NCBI GenBank assembly: GCA_012838175.1
Contig: DUPU01000107.1
Coordinates: forward strand, 1-57,290
DNA from: Clostridia bacterium
Lineage (GTDB): Bacteria > Bacillota > Dehalobacteriia > Dehalobacteriales > Dehalobacteriaceae
DNA: 57,290 nucleotides
Direction: 5' to 3'
Shown here piece after piece: positions 47,591 through 57,258 of this stretch; the first letter of the stretch is position 1; every line of letters begins with the position of its first letter. The position numbers and the translations under genes are program-made. Under the pieces are notes generated by a model. That model made no database searches and was not told the origin of the DNA. It saw nothing but the letters and a program-made list of their open reading frames with translations.

Positions 47591-48409
47591 ATGATTGCAA
47601 TAACAGAAAAGGAATTCCGGCAATTATCGGATTTTATCAGAGACCACTATGGAATCCATTTAAAACAGGAAAAGATGACACTGGTGACCGGGAGACTAAA
47701 TAATGTCCTGCTGCAAAATAATTTTAAAAGTTTCTCGGATTATTTTAACTATGTAGTTTCCGACAAAACCGGGGAGGCCGTGAAAACATTAATAGATAAA
47801 ATAACTACCAACCATACCTTTTTTATGCGGGAAGCGAGTCACTTTGAGTTTTTTAAGAGTCATGTCCTGCCCTATTTGGCTCATTCCGTCAAGGACAAAG
47901 ACTTGAGGATTTGGAGTGCAGGTTGTTCCACCGGAGAAGAACCCAGTACCCTGGCCATGATTATCGATGAATTCTTTGGTCCGGAAAAAAAATTATGGGA
48001 TACCAAAATACTGGCTACCGATATTTCCTCTAAGGTACTGGATGTTGCCCGAAAAGGAATTTATTCCACGGAAAGCATCGCCAACTTACCCGTAAACTGG
48101 AAACTAAATTACTTCCAAAAAATTGACCGGGATAATTCTGTCCTGGTTAGTAAAATTCGAAATGAAATTATTTACAGAAAGTTTAACTTGATGGACCCGG
48201 TTTTCCCATTCAAAAAAAAGTTTCATGTCATTTTTTGCCGAAACGTAATGATTTACTTTAATGCTCAGACCAGGACAGAACTGGTAAATAAATTTTATAA
48301 TTTCACCGAACCGGGAGGTTATTTGTTTATCGGTCATTCAGAATCATTGAACCGGGGAGAATCAAAATATAAATATGTATTACCGGCTGTTTACAGAAAG
48401 GAAAGCTGA
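47591..48409 (+). CDS. cheR: Chemotaxis protein methyltransferase CheR
   Basis: 272 aa. RIWSAGCSTGEEPSTLAM SAM-binding motif. Confidence 0.92.
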   Translation: MIAITEKEFRQLSDFIRDHYGIHLKQEKMTLVTGRLNNVLLQNNFKSFSDYFNYVVSDKTGEAVKTLIDKITTNHTFFMREASHFEFFKSHVLPYLAHSVKDKDLRIWSAGCSTGEEPSTLAMIIDEFFGPEKKLWDTKILATDISSKVLDVARKGIYSTESIANLPVNWKLNYFQKIDRDNSVLVSKIRNEIIYRKFNLMDPVFPFKKKFHVIFCRNVMIYFNAQTRTELVNKFYNFTEPGGYLFIGHSESLNRGESKYKYVLPAVYRKES

Positions 48410-48410
48410 T

Positions 48411-49415
48411 ATGGTTGAGAAAAAAATTAAAGTTTTAATAGTGGATGATTCCATCCTCTTCCGAGAAATTATGTCCAGAGGAATCTCCTCTGATCCGGCT
48501 ATTGATGTTGTGGCCACCGCCGTTGACCCCTTTGATGCCCGGGATAAAATATTACAATTCCGGCCGGATTTAATGACCTGTGACATTCAAATGCCAAAGA
48601 TGAACGGAATAGAATTTATCAAAAGGCTTTTACCCCAATACCCTCTTCCTGTGATTGTGGTCAGTACGGTCAGCGATGTGGTTTTTGAAGCCTTAAACGC
48701 CGGAGCGGTGGACTTTATAGCTAAGCCCAGCATGCAATCAAAAACCGGGATGGACAGTTTTATTAAGGAAATGATTTCCAAAATTAAAATTGCCGCAAAG
48801 GCGCAAGTAAAAACCGCCGAGCCAACCACCCCGGTGCAGGAAAATCCTAAGGTTCACTCGGACAGAATTATAGCCATAGGAGCTTCCACCGGAGGGACGG
48901 AAGCAATTGCCTATATCTTGAAATCACTCCCCCCTACCACACCGGGGATTGTGATTGTCCAGCATATTCCTCCCGTATTTTCCAAAATGTTTGCCGACCG
49001 CTTAAATAACACTACCCAACTGCAGGTAAAGGAGGCGGAAACAGGTGATAGGATTGAGGCGGGCAAAGCCCTGGTTGCGCCGGGTGACCGGCATATGGTT
49101 ATTAAGCGTACAGGGGATAATTATCAAGTTGAGTGCTACAAAGGAGATAAGGTTAACGGGCATTGTCCTTCAGTAGATGTCCTTTTTGAATCGGTAGCAA
49201 AAGAAGCCGGAGACAAAGCCACCGGTATTATTCTGACAGGCATGGGATATGACGGGGCTAAAGGTTTGCTTGCCATGAAACGAAAAGGAGCTTTAACCAT
49301 TGGCCAAGATGAGAAATCTTGCGTAGTTTATGGTATGCCCAAAGTTGCTTTTGAAATCGGTGCTGTGAATAAACAAGTACCTTTGGAATATATTCCCCGG
49401 GCAATTATTTCTTAA
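48411..49415 (+). CDS. cheB: Chemotaxis response regulator protein-glutamate methylesterase CheB
   Basis: Start MVEKKIKVLIVDDS lies directly after the cheR stop (TGATATG). REC domain plus a methylesterase domain (GASTGG, GMGYDGA). Confidence 0.92.
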   Translation: MVEKKIKVLIVDDSILFREIMSRGISSDPAIDVVATAVDPFDARDKILQFRPDLMTCDIQMPKMNGIEFIKRLLPQYPLPVIVVSTVSDVVFEALNAGAVDFIAKPSMQSKTGMDSFIKEMISKIKIAAKAQVKTAEPTTPVQENPKVHSDRIIAIGASTGGTEAIAYILKSLPPTTPGIVIVQHIPPVFSKMFADRLNNTTQLQVKEAETGDRIEAGKALVAPGDRHMVIKRTGDNYQVECYKGDKVNGHCPSVDVLFESVAKEAGDKATGIILTGMGYDGAKGLLAMKRKGALTIGQDEKSCVVYGMPKVAFEIGAVNKQVPLEYIPRAIIS

Positions 49416-49479
49416 AATAAAAAAAGGAACCTATCTGGTCCCCTAAACTAATATTTTCTGAAGCTTCTATATTAAAATC

Positions 49480-50250
49480 CTAAACCCGGCCGATTTCGTT
49501 TACGGTTTTTTGCAATAAGTTATCAATAATTTGTATTACTTTCTGATTGGACTGGTAGAACCTGGCCGCTTCAATCATTTTAACCATCTGACCGGTAAGG
49601 TCAACATTGGATTCTTCCACACAACCCTGGGAAATCCTGACCCTTTCTCTTTCCAGAGGAACAGGTTCTGTCAAAGCTTGGTAGAGAGTGGTATCACCTT
49701 CTTGTCGGATTTGGTTATTAGGGATGCTGACTATTCTCAGTCTGTCTATAACATTGTTTGTTTCCTGGTTAATTATTGTCCCGTCCGGCTGCACCTTGAA
49801 CTGCTCAGGCAACGGTCCGATAGGCCCGTATTCTCCAAGTACCAAATTGCCCCCGGCAGTCCTTAAGCGGCGGGAAGGATCCAAAACAAAATGGCCGTTT
49901 CTGGTATAACGCTCCCCATCCAAGGTTTGAATGACAAAATAACCTTCCCCGTTCACTGCCAGGTCCGTCGGATTATCCGTTTGACGTATCAACCCCGGTT
50001 TATTGCTATAGTAAATCCTGTCCGCCCTGACACCGGTTCCCATTACACCTAAATTTACCACTTCCCGTTCCCCGGAGCCTATTGGAGACGGACCGATTCT
50101 TTGAGTTAAGATCTGGGGAAAAGAAGTTAACCCCTGGGAAATCTCCCGATACCCGGGACGATTCAAATTCTCGATATTACCCTCAATGATATCACTTTTC
50201 CTTTGGTTAACCAGCATGCCTGAAGCAGAACTGTATAGACCACGAATCAT
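49480..50250 (-). CDS. flgG: Flagellar basal-body rod protein (FlgG/FlgF family)
   Basis: 256 aa. N-terminal MIRGLYSSASGM. C-terminal EESNVDLTGQMVKMIEAARFYQSNQKVIQ rod/hook motif. Confidence 0.8.
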   Translation of the reverse strand: MIRGLYSSASGMLVNQRKSDIIEGNIENLNRPGYREISQGLTSFPQILTQRIGPSPIGSGEREVVNLGVMGTGVRADRIYYSNKPGLIRQTDNPTDLAVNGEGYFVIQTLDGERYTRNGHFVLDPSRRLRTAGGNLVLGEYGPIGPLPEQFKVQPDGTIINQETNNVIDRLRIVSIPNNQIRQEGDTTLYQALTEPVPLERERVRISQGCVEESNVDLTGQMVKMIEAARFYQSNQKVIQIIDNLLQKTVNEIGRV

Positions 50251-50272
50251 ATTCTTTCACCACCTACTGAAT

Positions 50273-50299
50273 ATATCGGGCCAAACCATCATCTTCTTA
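50273..50299 (-). promoter_or_regulatory. Sigma-D/FliA (sigma-28) type promoter upstream of the flgG-like gene
   Basis: The minus strand reads TAAG-N15-CCCGATAT, against the consensus TAAA-N15-GCCGATAT. It lies about 20 nt upstream of the start codon region. Confidence 0.55.
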
Positions 50300-50319
50300 A
50301 GTACACTCGGATAAATATT

Positions 50320-50802
50320 TTAGATTACCTTTTGCCCGTGATTGATAGTTCGAATAAGCAGGTCACCTGTTGTTAAGTCAAGAATTATCGTGCGGCCGAA
50401 ATTCCCGCCCACATCATATGAAACCAGGGGGATGCCGGCCTTTTTTATTTCCAGTTTAACCCTTTCCGCGTTGTTTTCTCCTATTTTCATCAAAGGACTG
50501 TTTCCGGCAAAAGAAAACATGCTCGCTCCTCCGGCAATTTTAGCCTTTAAGCCGGCCTTGTTCACACCCATTTTTAACAGGTCTCCAATCATCAAAGGTA
50601 TACAGGTATCAGCATATTTAGCAGGGTTGTCCCCTTTTTTCCCTTGAGAGCTGGGCAGCATTATATGAGCCATTCCTCCTATTTTCTTGGCTAAATCATA
50701 AATGCATATTCCCACACAGGACCCGAGCCCAATGGTCATAAGCTTGTCCGGTGCCTTGCCGATTTTATAATCTGCCATTCCCACAATGATATTATCGCTC
50801 AT
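50320..50802 (-). CDS. cheD: Chemoreceptor glutamine deamidase CheD
   Basis: 160 aa. GLGSCVGICIYD catalytic Cys motif. 4-nt overlap with cheC. Confidence 0.9.
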   Translation of the reverse strand: MSDNIIVGMADYKIGKAPDKLMTIGLGSCVGICIYDLAKKIGGMAHIMLPSSQGKKGDNPAKYADTCIPLMIGDLLKMGVNKAGLKAKIAGGASMFSFAGNSPLMKIGENNAERVKLEIKKAGIPLVSYDVGGNFGRTIILDLTTGDLLIRTINHGQKVI

Positions 50803-51395
50803 AGGTCAAATACCCGGACTAATTTTTTTAGAGAACCTTCATTGGGTATGTATAAAAACTTGCCTTCCATTTCCGTTAACCCCGTCATTTTAGTATCAAA
50901 AATTAACACATTATCGTCAATTTTTCCTTCTTCTATCAGGATAGTCTCAATCATTGCTCCAATCATATCTATCCCCAAGGCCGGAATTGAGGTATACAGC
51001 TTAACACCGGAAAATTCCGTAATGGCCATAATAAATGAGCCTACCAGGATATTTCCCACTTCTTTCAGAGCAGATTGAGCCAGTTCGCTGGTAAAAATAT
51101 CTGTACAGGGATTTTTTCCCAGCAGGGTATCCAATATAGTTTGGACACTGGGTAAAGAAAACACAAAAATAGCTTTTCCGGGCGCTTCTCCGGTAATTTT
51201 CAGGTAAATTGCTGCCCGAGGTGAATCCAATTCGCCAAAAACTTCGGTAAGTTTATTCAGCGGTAATAGCCACACCCGGGGCACGTCCATGCTAATCCTT
51301 GATTGCAGCATATCAGATAAGGAAGTGGCCGCATGACCGGATCCGATATTGCCGATCTCTTTTAAAGCCTCCAATTGAGCAGCTGTTACGTCCAT
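50799..51395 (-). CDS. cheC: CheY-P phosphatase CheC
   Basis: 198 aa. Duplicated motif ALKEIGNIGSGHAATSLS / ALKEVGNILVGS. Confidence 0.88.
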   Translation of the reverse strand: MDVTAAQLEALKEIGNIGSGHAATSLSDMLQSRISMDVPRVWLLPLNKLTEVFGELDSPRAAIYLKITGEAPGKAIFVFSLPSVQTILDTLLGKNPCTDIFTSELAQSALKEVGNILVGSFIMAITEFSGVKLYTSIPALGIDMIGAMIETILIEEGKIDDNVLIFDTKMTGLTEMEGKFLYIPNEGSLKKLVRVFDL

Positions 51396-51434
51396 GATTT
51401 ACCAACCCTTCCCAAGGAATCCAAAAGTAAGCGA

Positions 51435-51830
51435 TTACTCCCTAACTACTTGTCTTAATAGATTTAAATGGGATGAATAAATACGGGCTAAAGCATTATA
51501 TTGAATGGTGTTTTCCGCCAATCTCGTCATTTCCAAATCAATATCCACATTGTTGCCATCGTTCCGGTATGAGGTACTGTTATCCTGAACTATGATATCT
51601 TCCGAAAATCTGTTTCCTGATAAATGCCTGTCAGAAGTTCTTTTCAAGGCCAATCCCTGATGATCGGCCATGACCTCCTTTAATACGGCCTGAAAATTAA
51701 TATCCGATCTTTTAAAACCGGGTGTGTCAATATTGGCAATATTGTCTGCCAAGATCTTATTCCTTAAATTGGTAGCATCCAATGCCTTTTCCAATTGATT
51801 GAGAATTTTAAAATCCAACCAACCTACCAT
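51435..51830 (-). CDS. flgB: Flagellar basal-body rod protein FlgB-like
   Basis: 131 aa. LEKALDATNLRNKILADNIANIDTPGFKRSD is the typical FlgB N-terminus. Confidence 0.75.
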   Translation of the reverse strand: MVGWLDFKILNQLEKALDATNLRNKILADNIANIDTPGFKRSDINFQAVLKEVMADHQGLALKRTSDRHLSGNRFSEDIIVQDNSTSYRNDGNNVDIDLEMTRLAENTIQYNALARIYSSHLNLLRQVVRE

Positions 51831-51832
51831 TT

Positions 51833-52603
51833 TTATCCCCTCATGGTAATAGCTTGATGAAACATTTCGTCTTGATTTTTTATGGTGCGCAACTCTACTT
51901 GATAAGCCTTCTGAAATTGTATTAATTGAGTCATTGCATTAACGAAATTTGCATTAGACCTTTCCAACATACCACTTTGGATAATTCCTAAACCATTGGT
52001 TCCGGGCACACCGGTACGTGGCTCCCCGGAAGCCTCCGAAGCAAAAAACAAGTTATCTCCCCCTTGTTCCAAACCATGGGGATTATCAAATTCAGCTAAC
52101 TGAATTTGACCTAAAACTTCCGGTTCACCATCCACCACTCCTGTAATCTTGCCGTCATTTCCCACATGAATATTGAAAGTATGAGGGGGTACCGGGATTT
52201 CCGGTTCCAACAGCATACCCTGATTATTTACTATTTGTCCCCGGGCATCAAGCATAAAAATACCTGTTCGGGTAAATCCAATCCGCCCGTCGGGAGTACG
52301 CACTTGAAAAAAACCGGTCCCGTTCACGGCCAAATCCAAAGGGTTGTCTGTCTGCAACAGAGCGCCCTGGGAAAGGTCCAGTCTTTTTCCATGATACAAA
52401 TTTCCCTGGATATTAAAATAATCAACTTCCGGCATCACCCCGCCGAACAGGGCCACGGTATTGCTTAATTCCCGAGTGTCAAAAGCTTCTTCCAAGGATT
52501 GGAGGGTTTCCTTAAAACCTATGGTATTACCGTTTGCGATGTTATGCCCTACGATATCAATACGATTTTGCAGAGTTTGGAGATAATAAGCCGATATCTT
52601 CAT
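51833..52603 (-). CDS. Flagellar basal-body rod protein (FlgF/FlgG family)
   Basis: 256 aa. IVGHNIANGNTIGFK N-terminal rod motif. C-terminal LERSNANFVNAMTQLIQFQKAYQ. Confidence 0.8.
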   Translation of the reverse strand: MKISAYYLQTLQNRIDIVGHNIANGNTIGFKETLQSLEEAFDTRELSNTVALFGGVMPEVDYFNIQGNLYHGKRLDLSQGALLQTDNPLDLAVNGTGFFQVRTPDGRIGFTRTGIFMLDARGQIVNNQGMLLEPEIPVPPHTFNIHVGNDGKITGVVDGEPEVLGQIQLAEFDNPHGLEQGGDNLFFASEASGEPRTGVPGTNGLGIIQSGMLERSNANFVNAMTQLIQFQKAYQVELRTIKNQDEMFHQAITMRG

Positions 52604-52612
52604 ATGCTACCT

Positions 52613-53515
52613 CTAACCACGCTTCAAATCAATGAGTTCCTGCAACATAGTATCGGAAACGGTAATTACCCGGGAATTAGCCTGAAAACCCCGTTGAGCT
52701 ACAATCATATCAGTAAACTCCTGGGCCAAGTCCACATTAGACATTTCTAAATTATTGGGGATGATGTAACCTCGCCCGTCCATGCCCGCATATCCCAGGT
52801 CAGCTTTCCCGGAGTTGTTGCTTTCAGTGTAAAAGTTATTCCCCATGGAAACCAAGCCGGACTCATTATTGAAATTGGCTAAAGCAATCCGGTAAATGGG
52901 GGTGGTAATTGTTTGATTCCCGTTGCTGTAAGTACCGATAATGACACCTTTTTTGTCGATACTGTAGCCAGTCAGCTTGTAATCAGGATCATCTACATAT
53001 TCCTGCCCCAGATGAAAACGAATATTTACCGTTTCAGTTGCAGAATCAACTTCTTCCCAACCGGTGTCTTCATCATATTTGTCAGCATCATATCCTTGCA
53101 AAATTGCCCCGGTGGAAGGCTCCACCAAATTGCCGCTTTCATCAAAACTGAAATTGCCCGACCGCGTATATAGAAATTCTCCGTTTAAGTTCAAAACAAA
53201 CATACCTTCCCCTTCAATCATCATATCTGTATCTTTCCCGGTATATTGAGCGCTTCCCTGGGTCATAATCTGGTCCACGGAACCTATTCCTGCCCCTAAC
53301 CCAATCTGGATACCGTTAATACCCCCAAAAGCAGGAGTTTCTTGCTGATCCGGTGCGGAAGCCGCTCGCATGCTTTGTCCCAGCATGGTGGCAAAAGCCG
53401 TACGATTCTTTTTATAACCGGGAGTATTTACATTGGCGATATTATTACCGATTACATCCATATAAATTTGATGGTTTTTTAATCCTGATATGGCAGAGTA
53501 CAAAGATCGCATCAT
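52613..53515 (-). CDS. flgE: Flagellar hook protein FlgE (short Firmicute type)
   Basis: 300 aa. MMRSLYSAISGLKNHQIYMDVIGNNIANVNTPGYK. C-terminal LEMSNVDLAQEFTDMIVAQRGFQANSRVI. Confidence 0.85.
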   Translation of the reverse strand: MMRSLYSAISGLKNHQIYMDVIGNNIANVNTPGYKKNRTAFATMLGQSMRAASAPDQQETPAFGGINGIQIGLGAGIGSVDQIMTQGSAQYTGKDTDMMIEGEGMFVLNLNGEFLYTRSGNFSFDESGNLVEPSTGAILQGYDADKYDEDTGWEEVDSATETVNIRFHLGQEYVDDPDYKLTGYSIDKKGVIIGTYSNGNQTITTPIYRIALANFNNESGLVSMGNNFYTESNNSGKADLGYAGMDGRGYIIPNNLEMSNVDLAQEFTDMIVAQRGFQANSRVITVSDTMLQELIDLKRG

Positions 53516-53537
53516 AAGGCATACCCCTCTCTAAACA

Positions 53538-53981
53538 TTATTTTTCTTCTTTAATCTCCAATATCCCATTTATGTTCAGCCAGTTTTCTCCTATTTTGAG
53601 CATTAAATCCCTTTCGTTCCATTTAACCCCGGTAACTTGACCTGTCAGCATTTTGCCTTCTTCGTTCATACCTTTAACTTCCTTGCCCATCAAGGCAACT
53701 CCTTGAGTGAAAAGGGACTGGTTATAAAGACCGTTCATAGTTTCTTTTAAACCATTTATTGAATCAGACATATTCCCAATCTGTTCTATCAAACTTAATT
53801 GAACAATCTGGGCCATCATATCATTTTGATCCATGGTAGTCATAGGGTCTTGATTAGACAACTGGGCAATTAATAGCTTTAAAAAATCATCCTTCCCCAA
53901 CACATTGTTAGCCTTGGCGGTATCCGTCTTATGATCCTGCATCCCATAAGTGGCGGCACTTGTTCCGTATACACCGGTCAT
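53538..53981 (-). CDS. flgD: Flagellar hook capping/assembly protein FlgD
   Basis: 147 aa. LGKDDFLKLLIAQLSNQDPM motif. Confidence 0.88.
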   Translation of the reverse strand: MTGVYGTSAATYGMQDHKTDTAKANNVLGKDDFLKLLIAQLSNQDPMTTMDQNDMMAQIVQLSLIEQIGNMSDSINGLKETMNGLYNQSLFTQGVALMGKEVKGMNEEGKMLTGQVTGVKWNERDLMLKIGENWLNINGILEIKEEK

Positions 53982-53996
53982 AACGCTTCCCCCTTG

Positions 53997-55376
53997 CTAG
54001 ATACTTACATTTATTCTTGTTTTCGTCATCAAGTCTTGCATATTATACATGGCTTTGCCATAACTAATACTCTCTTCCTCTGTCGGCCGGTAATAATCAT
54101 GGTTTTCAGGAGCGTTTCCTTCATTTTCCTGTTCACGCTCTCCCTGAAAGCTCATTTCCATGGAACCACAGGATATCCCTATTTGAGTAAGGCTTTGTCT
54201 TAATTCCCCAAGATGATTTTGCAGATAATTCCCGGTAGCTTGGTCTGAGGCATTAATTACCAGATGCAAAATCCCGTCTTCCATTCTTAAATGTACATCC
54301 AGTTTTCCTAACTCTGCCGGATAAAGCTTGATTTCAATTTTTTCTACCGTCCTGCCCTCCATAGCGGAGGAAAGGGGAACTTCTTTGATAAAATCAATTA
54401 CTCGCGCCCAAATCTGGGCTTTATCCGGTATTTCCGTCTGTTTAAAATCAAAATTTCTCCCTGTTATTGTTTCTTTATATCTCACATCCGGGATAATTTC
54501 TTCCGAGGAAAAAGAATTTTCATTTTTTTCATAAACACCGGATCCCTTTACCCCTGAAGACTCCATTGCCGTTTCTGTATCGGAAATCCTATCTTTTTCA
54601 GATACCGCCCCACCTTGTCTTAAATTGTCTTTACCGGTTAAAGCGTACTCCCTTTTTACCTCCCCGGACAATTCTTTTAACAATTCGGAAACCTTATCCC
54701 CATGGACTGCCTTTTGCTCTGTTTCATAAAACCCTTCCCCGCTGCCGGACCTAAGGTCAGCTTTTTGCAACAAAGTATCCCTTTCTTTCCCGGCACCCGG
54801 AAGTAATTCTTTTAAACCGAAGGCCAATTCCGGCTCTGTCAAATCTCTACCAATCGGAGGGAGTTGGTGGGCCATGCCTTTATCTTTGATTCCCTGACCC
54901 TGCTCCGGCATTGCCAATTCGGCTTCCAACCGATGAATCGTCATATCCTTCCCTGACCCCTGGGGCAGCTCTTCCCGAATCTGTGCTGAATCCGCCGGCG
55001 GGCTTTCTTGACATACAAGCATATTTGGTATATTTTCACCAGGCGCCGGTTGAACTGAATCCAGAGATGGACTTTGAGGCAGTATCCCCGGGATTACCCC
55101 CAAAGGGTAAAAGACCTCTGAAACTACATCTTTCTCAGGTAACAAACCCGGTTCCACCGTTTCCGTTTCCTCCCTGTCCTGTTCCGACAGCCTGCCTAAG
55201 GTGTCTTGAAAACTTAATAACAGGGAGAGCCACGCGGCGAAATAATCTGCTTTTGTGCCCGGTTCATTCCCGGGTACTGTCATCGTCTTGTCTCCTGAAA
55301 TGTTACCCGGAATTTGATAGGCTGAAAGGATTGTACCCGCATCCATAGTTACAAATCTCTCACTTTCTTTATGCAT
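53997..55376 (-). CDS. fliK: Flagellar hook-length control protein FliK
   Basis: 459 aa. Low-complexity Pro/Glu-rich N-terminal part. C-terminal Flg_hook domain (IKLYPAELGKLDVHLRMEDGILHLVINASDQATGNYLQNHLGELRQSL). Confidence 0.8.
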   Translation of the reverse strand: MHKESERFVTMDAGTILSAYQIPGNISGDKTMTVPGNEPGTKADYFAAWLSLLLSFQDTLGRLSEQDREETETVEPGLLPEKDVVSEVFYPLGVIPGILPQSPSLDSVQPAPGENIPNMLVCQESPPADSAQIREELPQGSGKDMTIHRLEAELAMPEQGQGIKDKGMAHQLPPIGRDLTEPELAFGLKELLPGAGKERDTLLQKADLRSGSGEGFYETEQKAVHGDKVSELLKELSGEVKREYALTGKDNLRQGGAVSEKDRISDTETAMESSGVKGSGVYEKNENSFSSEEIIPDVRYKETITGRNFDFKQTEIPDKAQIWARVIDFIKEVPLSSAMEGRTVEKIEIKLYPAELGKLDVHLRMEDGILHLVINASDQATGNYLQNHLGELRQSLTQIGISCGSMEMSFQGEREQENEGNAPENHDYYRPTEEESISYGKAMYNMQDLMTKTRINVSI

Positions 55377-55385
55377 CTAGTTAAT

Positions 55386-55422
55386 ATATCGAAAAAAACA
55401 TCCCCTACCTTTAGGGATGTTT
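55386..55422 (-). promoter_or_regulatory. fliA terminator hairpin overlapping a possible sigma-D type promoter for fliK
   Basis: The minus strand reads ACATCCC-TAAAGGTAG-GGGATGTTTTTTT (hairpin plus T-run). TAAA-N16-TTCGATAT lies in the same stretch. Confidence 0.4.
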
Positions 55423-55432
55423 AATTTAAATT

Positions 55433-56257
55433 TTAAATTAAATTTTTCTTTTGTCGGCTGAGATAGCCCCGCAAACGCAAAATGGCTTTTGAGTGAATTT
55501 GACAGATTCTTGATTCCGATAAATTCATTATTTTCGCGATTTCTTTCAAGGTAAGTTCCTCTCGGTAGTATAATGCCACTACTGTCTTCTCTTTTTCAGA
55601 AAGCCGGTCCACAGCCTTCATAATAAGCTTTTTCTGCTCTTCTTTTTCAATTCTGTTAAATTGCTCCTGAGCCTCCAAATCCACAATCATATCAATGGGA
55701 GAAAAATTAGCGTCACCGTCTACATCCCTATGGGTTAAATCCTCAAGAGAAAGTAAAGACATATATTGTCCTTGGGCCAGAATAGTATTCAGTTCTTGCA
55801 CGGAGATTTCCAAATAGGCGGCAACTTCTTCCTGGGAAGGGCTCCGCCCATACCTGCTTTCCAAATCGGCAAAAGCTTGGCGGACATTTTTAAACTTTTG
55901 CCGGACAGATTGGGGAACCCAATCCATTGCCCTTAATCCATCAATCATTGACCCTCTGATTCTAAGACTGGCATAGGTTTCAAACTTAACACCCCTGGAT
56001 GGCTCGTACTTTTTTAAAGCATCCAACAGCCCCATCAGCCCGTAGCTTAAAAGGTCCTCCTCCTTTATATGGGCGGGCAGTGAAATTGCCAATCTCCCGG
56101 CCAGTCGTTTCACCAGAGGTAAATATTTTTCAATATAAGATTCATTCCATGGGGAATTTTGTGCCCAACCTTTTTTATTATACAAATCAAGGAACACCTC
56201 TTTATCTGGTTTCACCCTGAACCATTTTTTCCAAGATTTCCGCCTGTGCTTTCTCAT
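55433..56257 (-). CDS. fliA: Flagellar sigma factor FliA/SigD (sigma-28)
   Basis: Region 2 (YLPLVKRLAGRL, DLLSYGLMGLLDALKKY) and region 4.2 HTH (LTLKEIAKIMNLSESRICQIHSKAILRLR). The exact start is uncertain because the ORF overlaps the upstream gene. Confidence 0.9.
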   Translation of the reverse strand: MRKHRRKSWKKWFRVKPDKEVFLDLYNKKGWAQNSPWNESYIEKYLPLVKRLAGRLAISLPAHIKEEDLLSYGLMGLLDALKKYEPSRGVKFETYASLRIRGSMIDGLRAMDWVPQSVRQKFKNVRQAFADLESRYGRSPSQEEVAAYLEISVQELNTILAQGQYMSLLSLEDLTHRDVDGDANFSPIDMIVDLEAQEQFNRIEKEEQKKLIMKAVDRLSEKEKTVVALYYREELTLKEIAKIMNLSESRICQIHSKAILRLRGYLSRQKKNLI

Positions 56258-56609
56258 CAGCCATTTGACTGATAGTTTCCATGTTTATTTGGCCGGCGGG
56301 CTTGTTATCATTAATAGTTTGCTTGTTATTTTCCGAGGGGGAAGTCCCATCTGTCAAGTCATCCCCTACCAGAAAATCAAATGAGGATTCTTTTCCTGGA
56401 TTTTTCTTCCCGGGTGCATCAGACGGGGAAGAAATCTTTTCCCATAAAAGAATCAAAACCCAGCCCAGTAAATATATGAGCAGAAAAGAGCCTATTCCTC
56501 TGATTATTATCATGAGCAAAGAAAACCCGTGATAAATACCGAGGCCTGCTACCAGGATTCCCGTTACCAAGGCCAGACAAAAATTTATCGACTCCAATTT
56601 TTGCGCCAT
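56202..56609 (-). CDS. Small membrane protein of unknown function between the PilZ gene and fliA
   Basis: Start MAQKLESINF lies just after the PilZ gene stop. Two or three TM helices, then an acidic/polar tail. Confidence 0.5.
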   Translation of the reverse strand: MAQKLESINFCLALVTGILVAGLGIYHGFSLLMIIIRGIGSFLLIYLLGWVLILLWEKISSPSDAPGKKNPGKESSFDFLVGDDLTDGTSPSENNKQTINDNKPAGQINMETISQMADEKAQAEILEKMVQGETR

Positions 56610-56610
56610 C

Positions 56611-57258
56611 TTAATCCAAACCTTTCCGCCGCATTTCTCTTTGGAGCTTATAAACAAAAGCAATTATTCTATCCCGTTCTCTTTCGGAAATATCAAAAAA
56701 CTCTAGAGAAATTCGATAATCATTTTTATCCTCTTCCACAAAACGCACCACTTTGGCAGGAACCTTCATTTTCTCCTGGGCCAGCTCAAGGGTAAGCAAC
56801 ACTTTTGTATGGGGATATAATTTTGATTTTGTTCTCAGTAAAATCCCCCCGCCGCTTAAATTTAGCATATATCCTTTGTACATTTTGCTTAAACCTTCTT
56901 GTCCGATAATCTGGTACTTAATCTCTTTTACAATAGGAATCCTGTAATATTCTCTTCTTTGCACTTTAAAAACTTGATCAGGATAAGCAATAATAAATAT
57001 AGGAATGGGTTCGGTTACTCTTCTTAAGATTTGGGAGACAAATCCATAATTGGATACTTCGTCATGGAAGTAAACACTAATTTTTGTCCCTTCCCGTAAA
57101 GGAACAAATTGGCCGTCATGAATGGGAACTCCAATGGTAATGATATTTTGATGCAATGCCTCGACCTTAGTCCTATATTTTCCGGGATAATCTCCTTCAT
57201 TTACTTCCAGTTCTATAAGTAAACCTTCTTTGAGCTTCTCTTCATATCCCATGAGCAA
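56611..57258 (-). CDS. PilZ-domain flagellar brake protein (YcgR/MotI-like)
   Basis: 215 aa. N-terminal YcgR-like beta-barrel plus PilZ motifs RREYYR and NLSGGG. Confidence 0.82.
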   Translation of the reverse strand: MLMGYEEKLKEGLLIELEVNEGDYPGKYRTKVEALHQNIITIGVPIHDGQFVPLREGTKISVYFHDEVSNYGFVSQILRRVTEPIPIFIIAYPDQVFKVQRREYYRIPIVKEIKYQIIGQEGLSKMYKGYMLNLSGGGILLRTKSKLYPHTKVLLTLELAQEKMKVPAKVVRFVEEDKNDYRISLEFFDISERERDRIIAFVYKLQREMRRKGLD

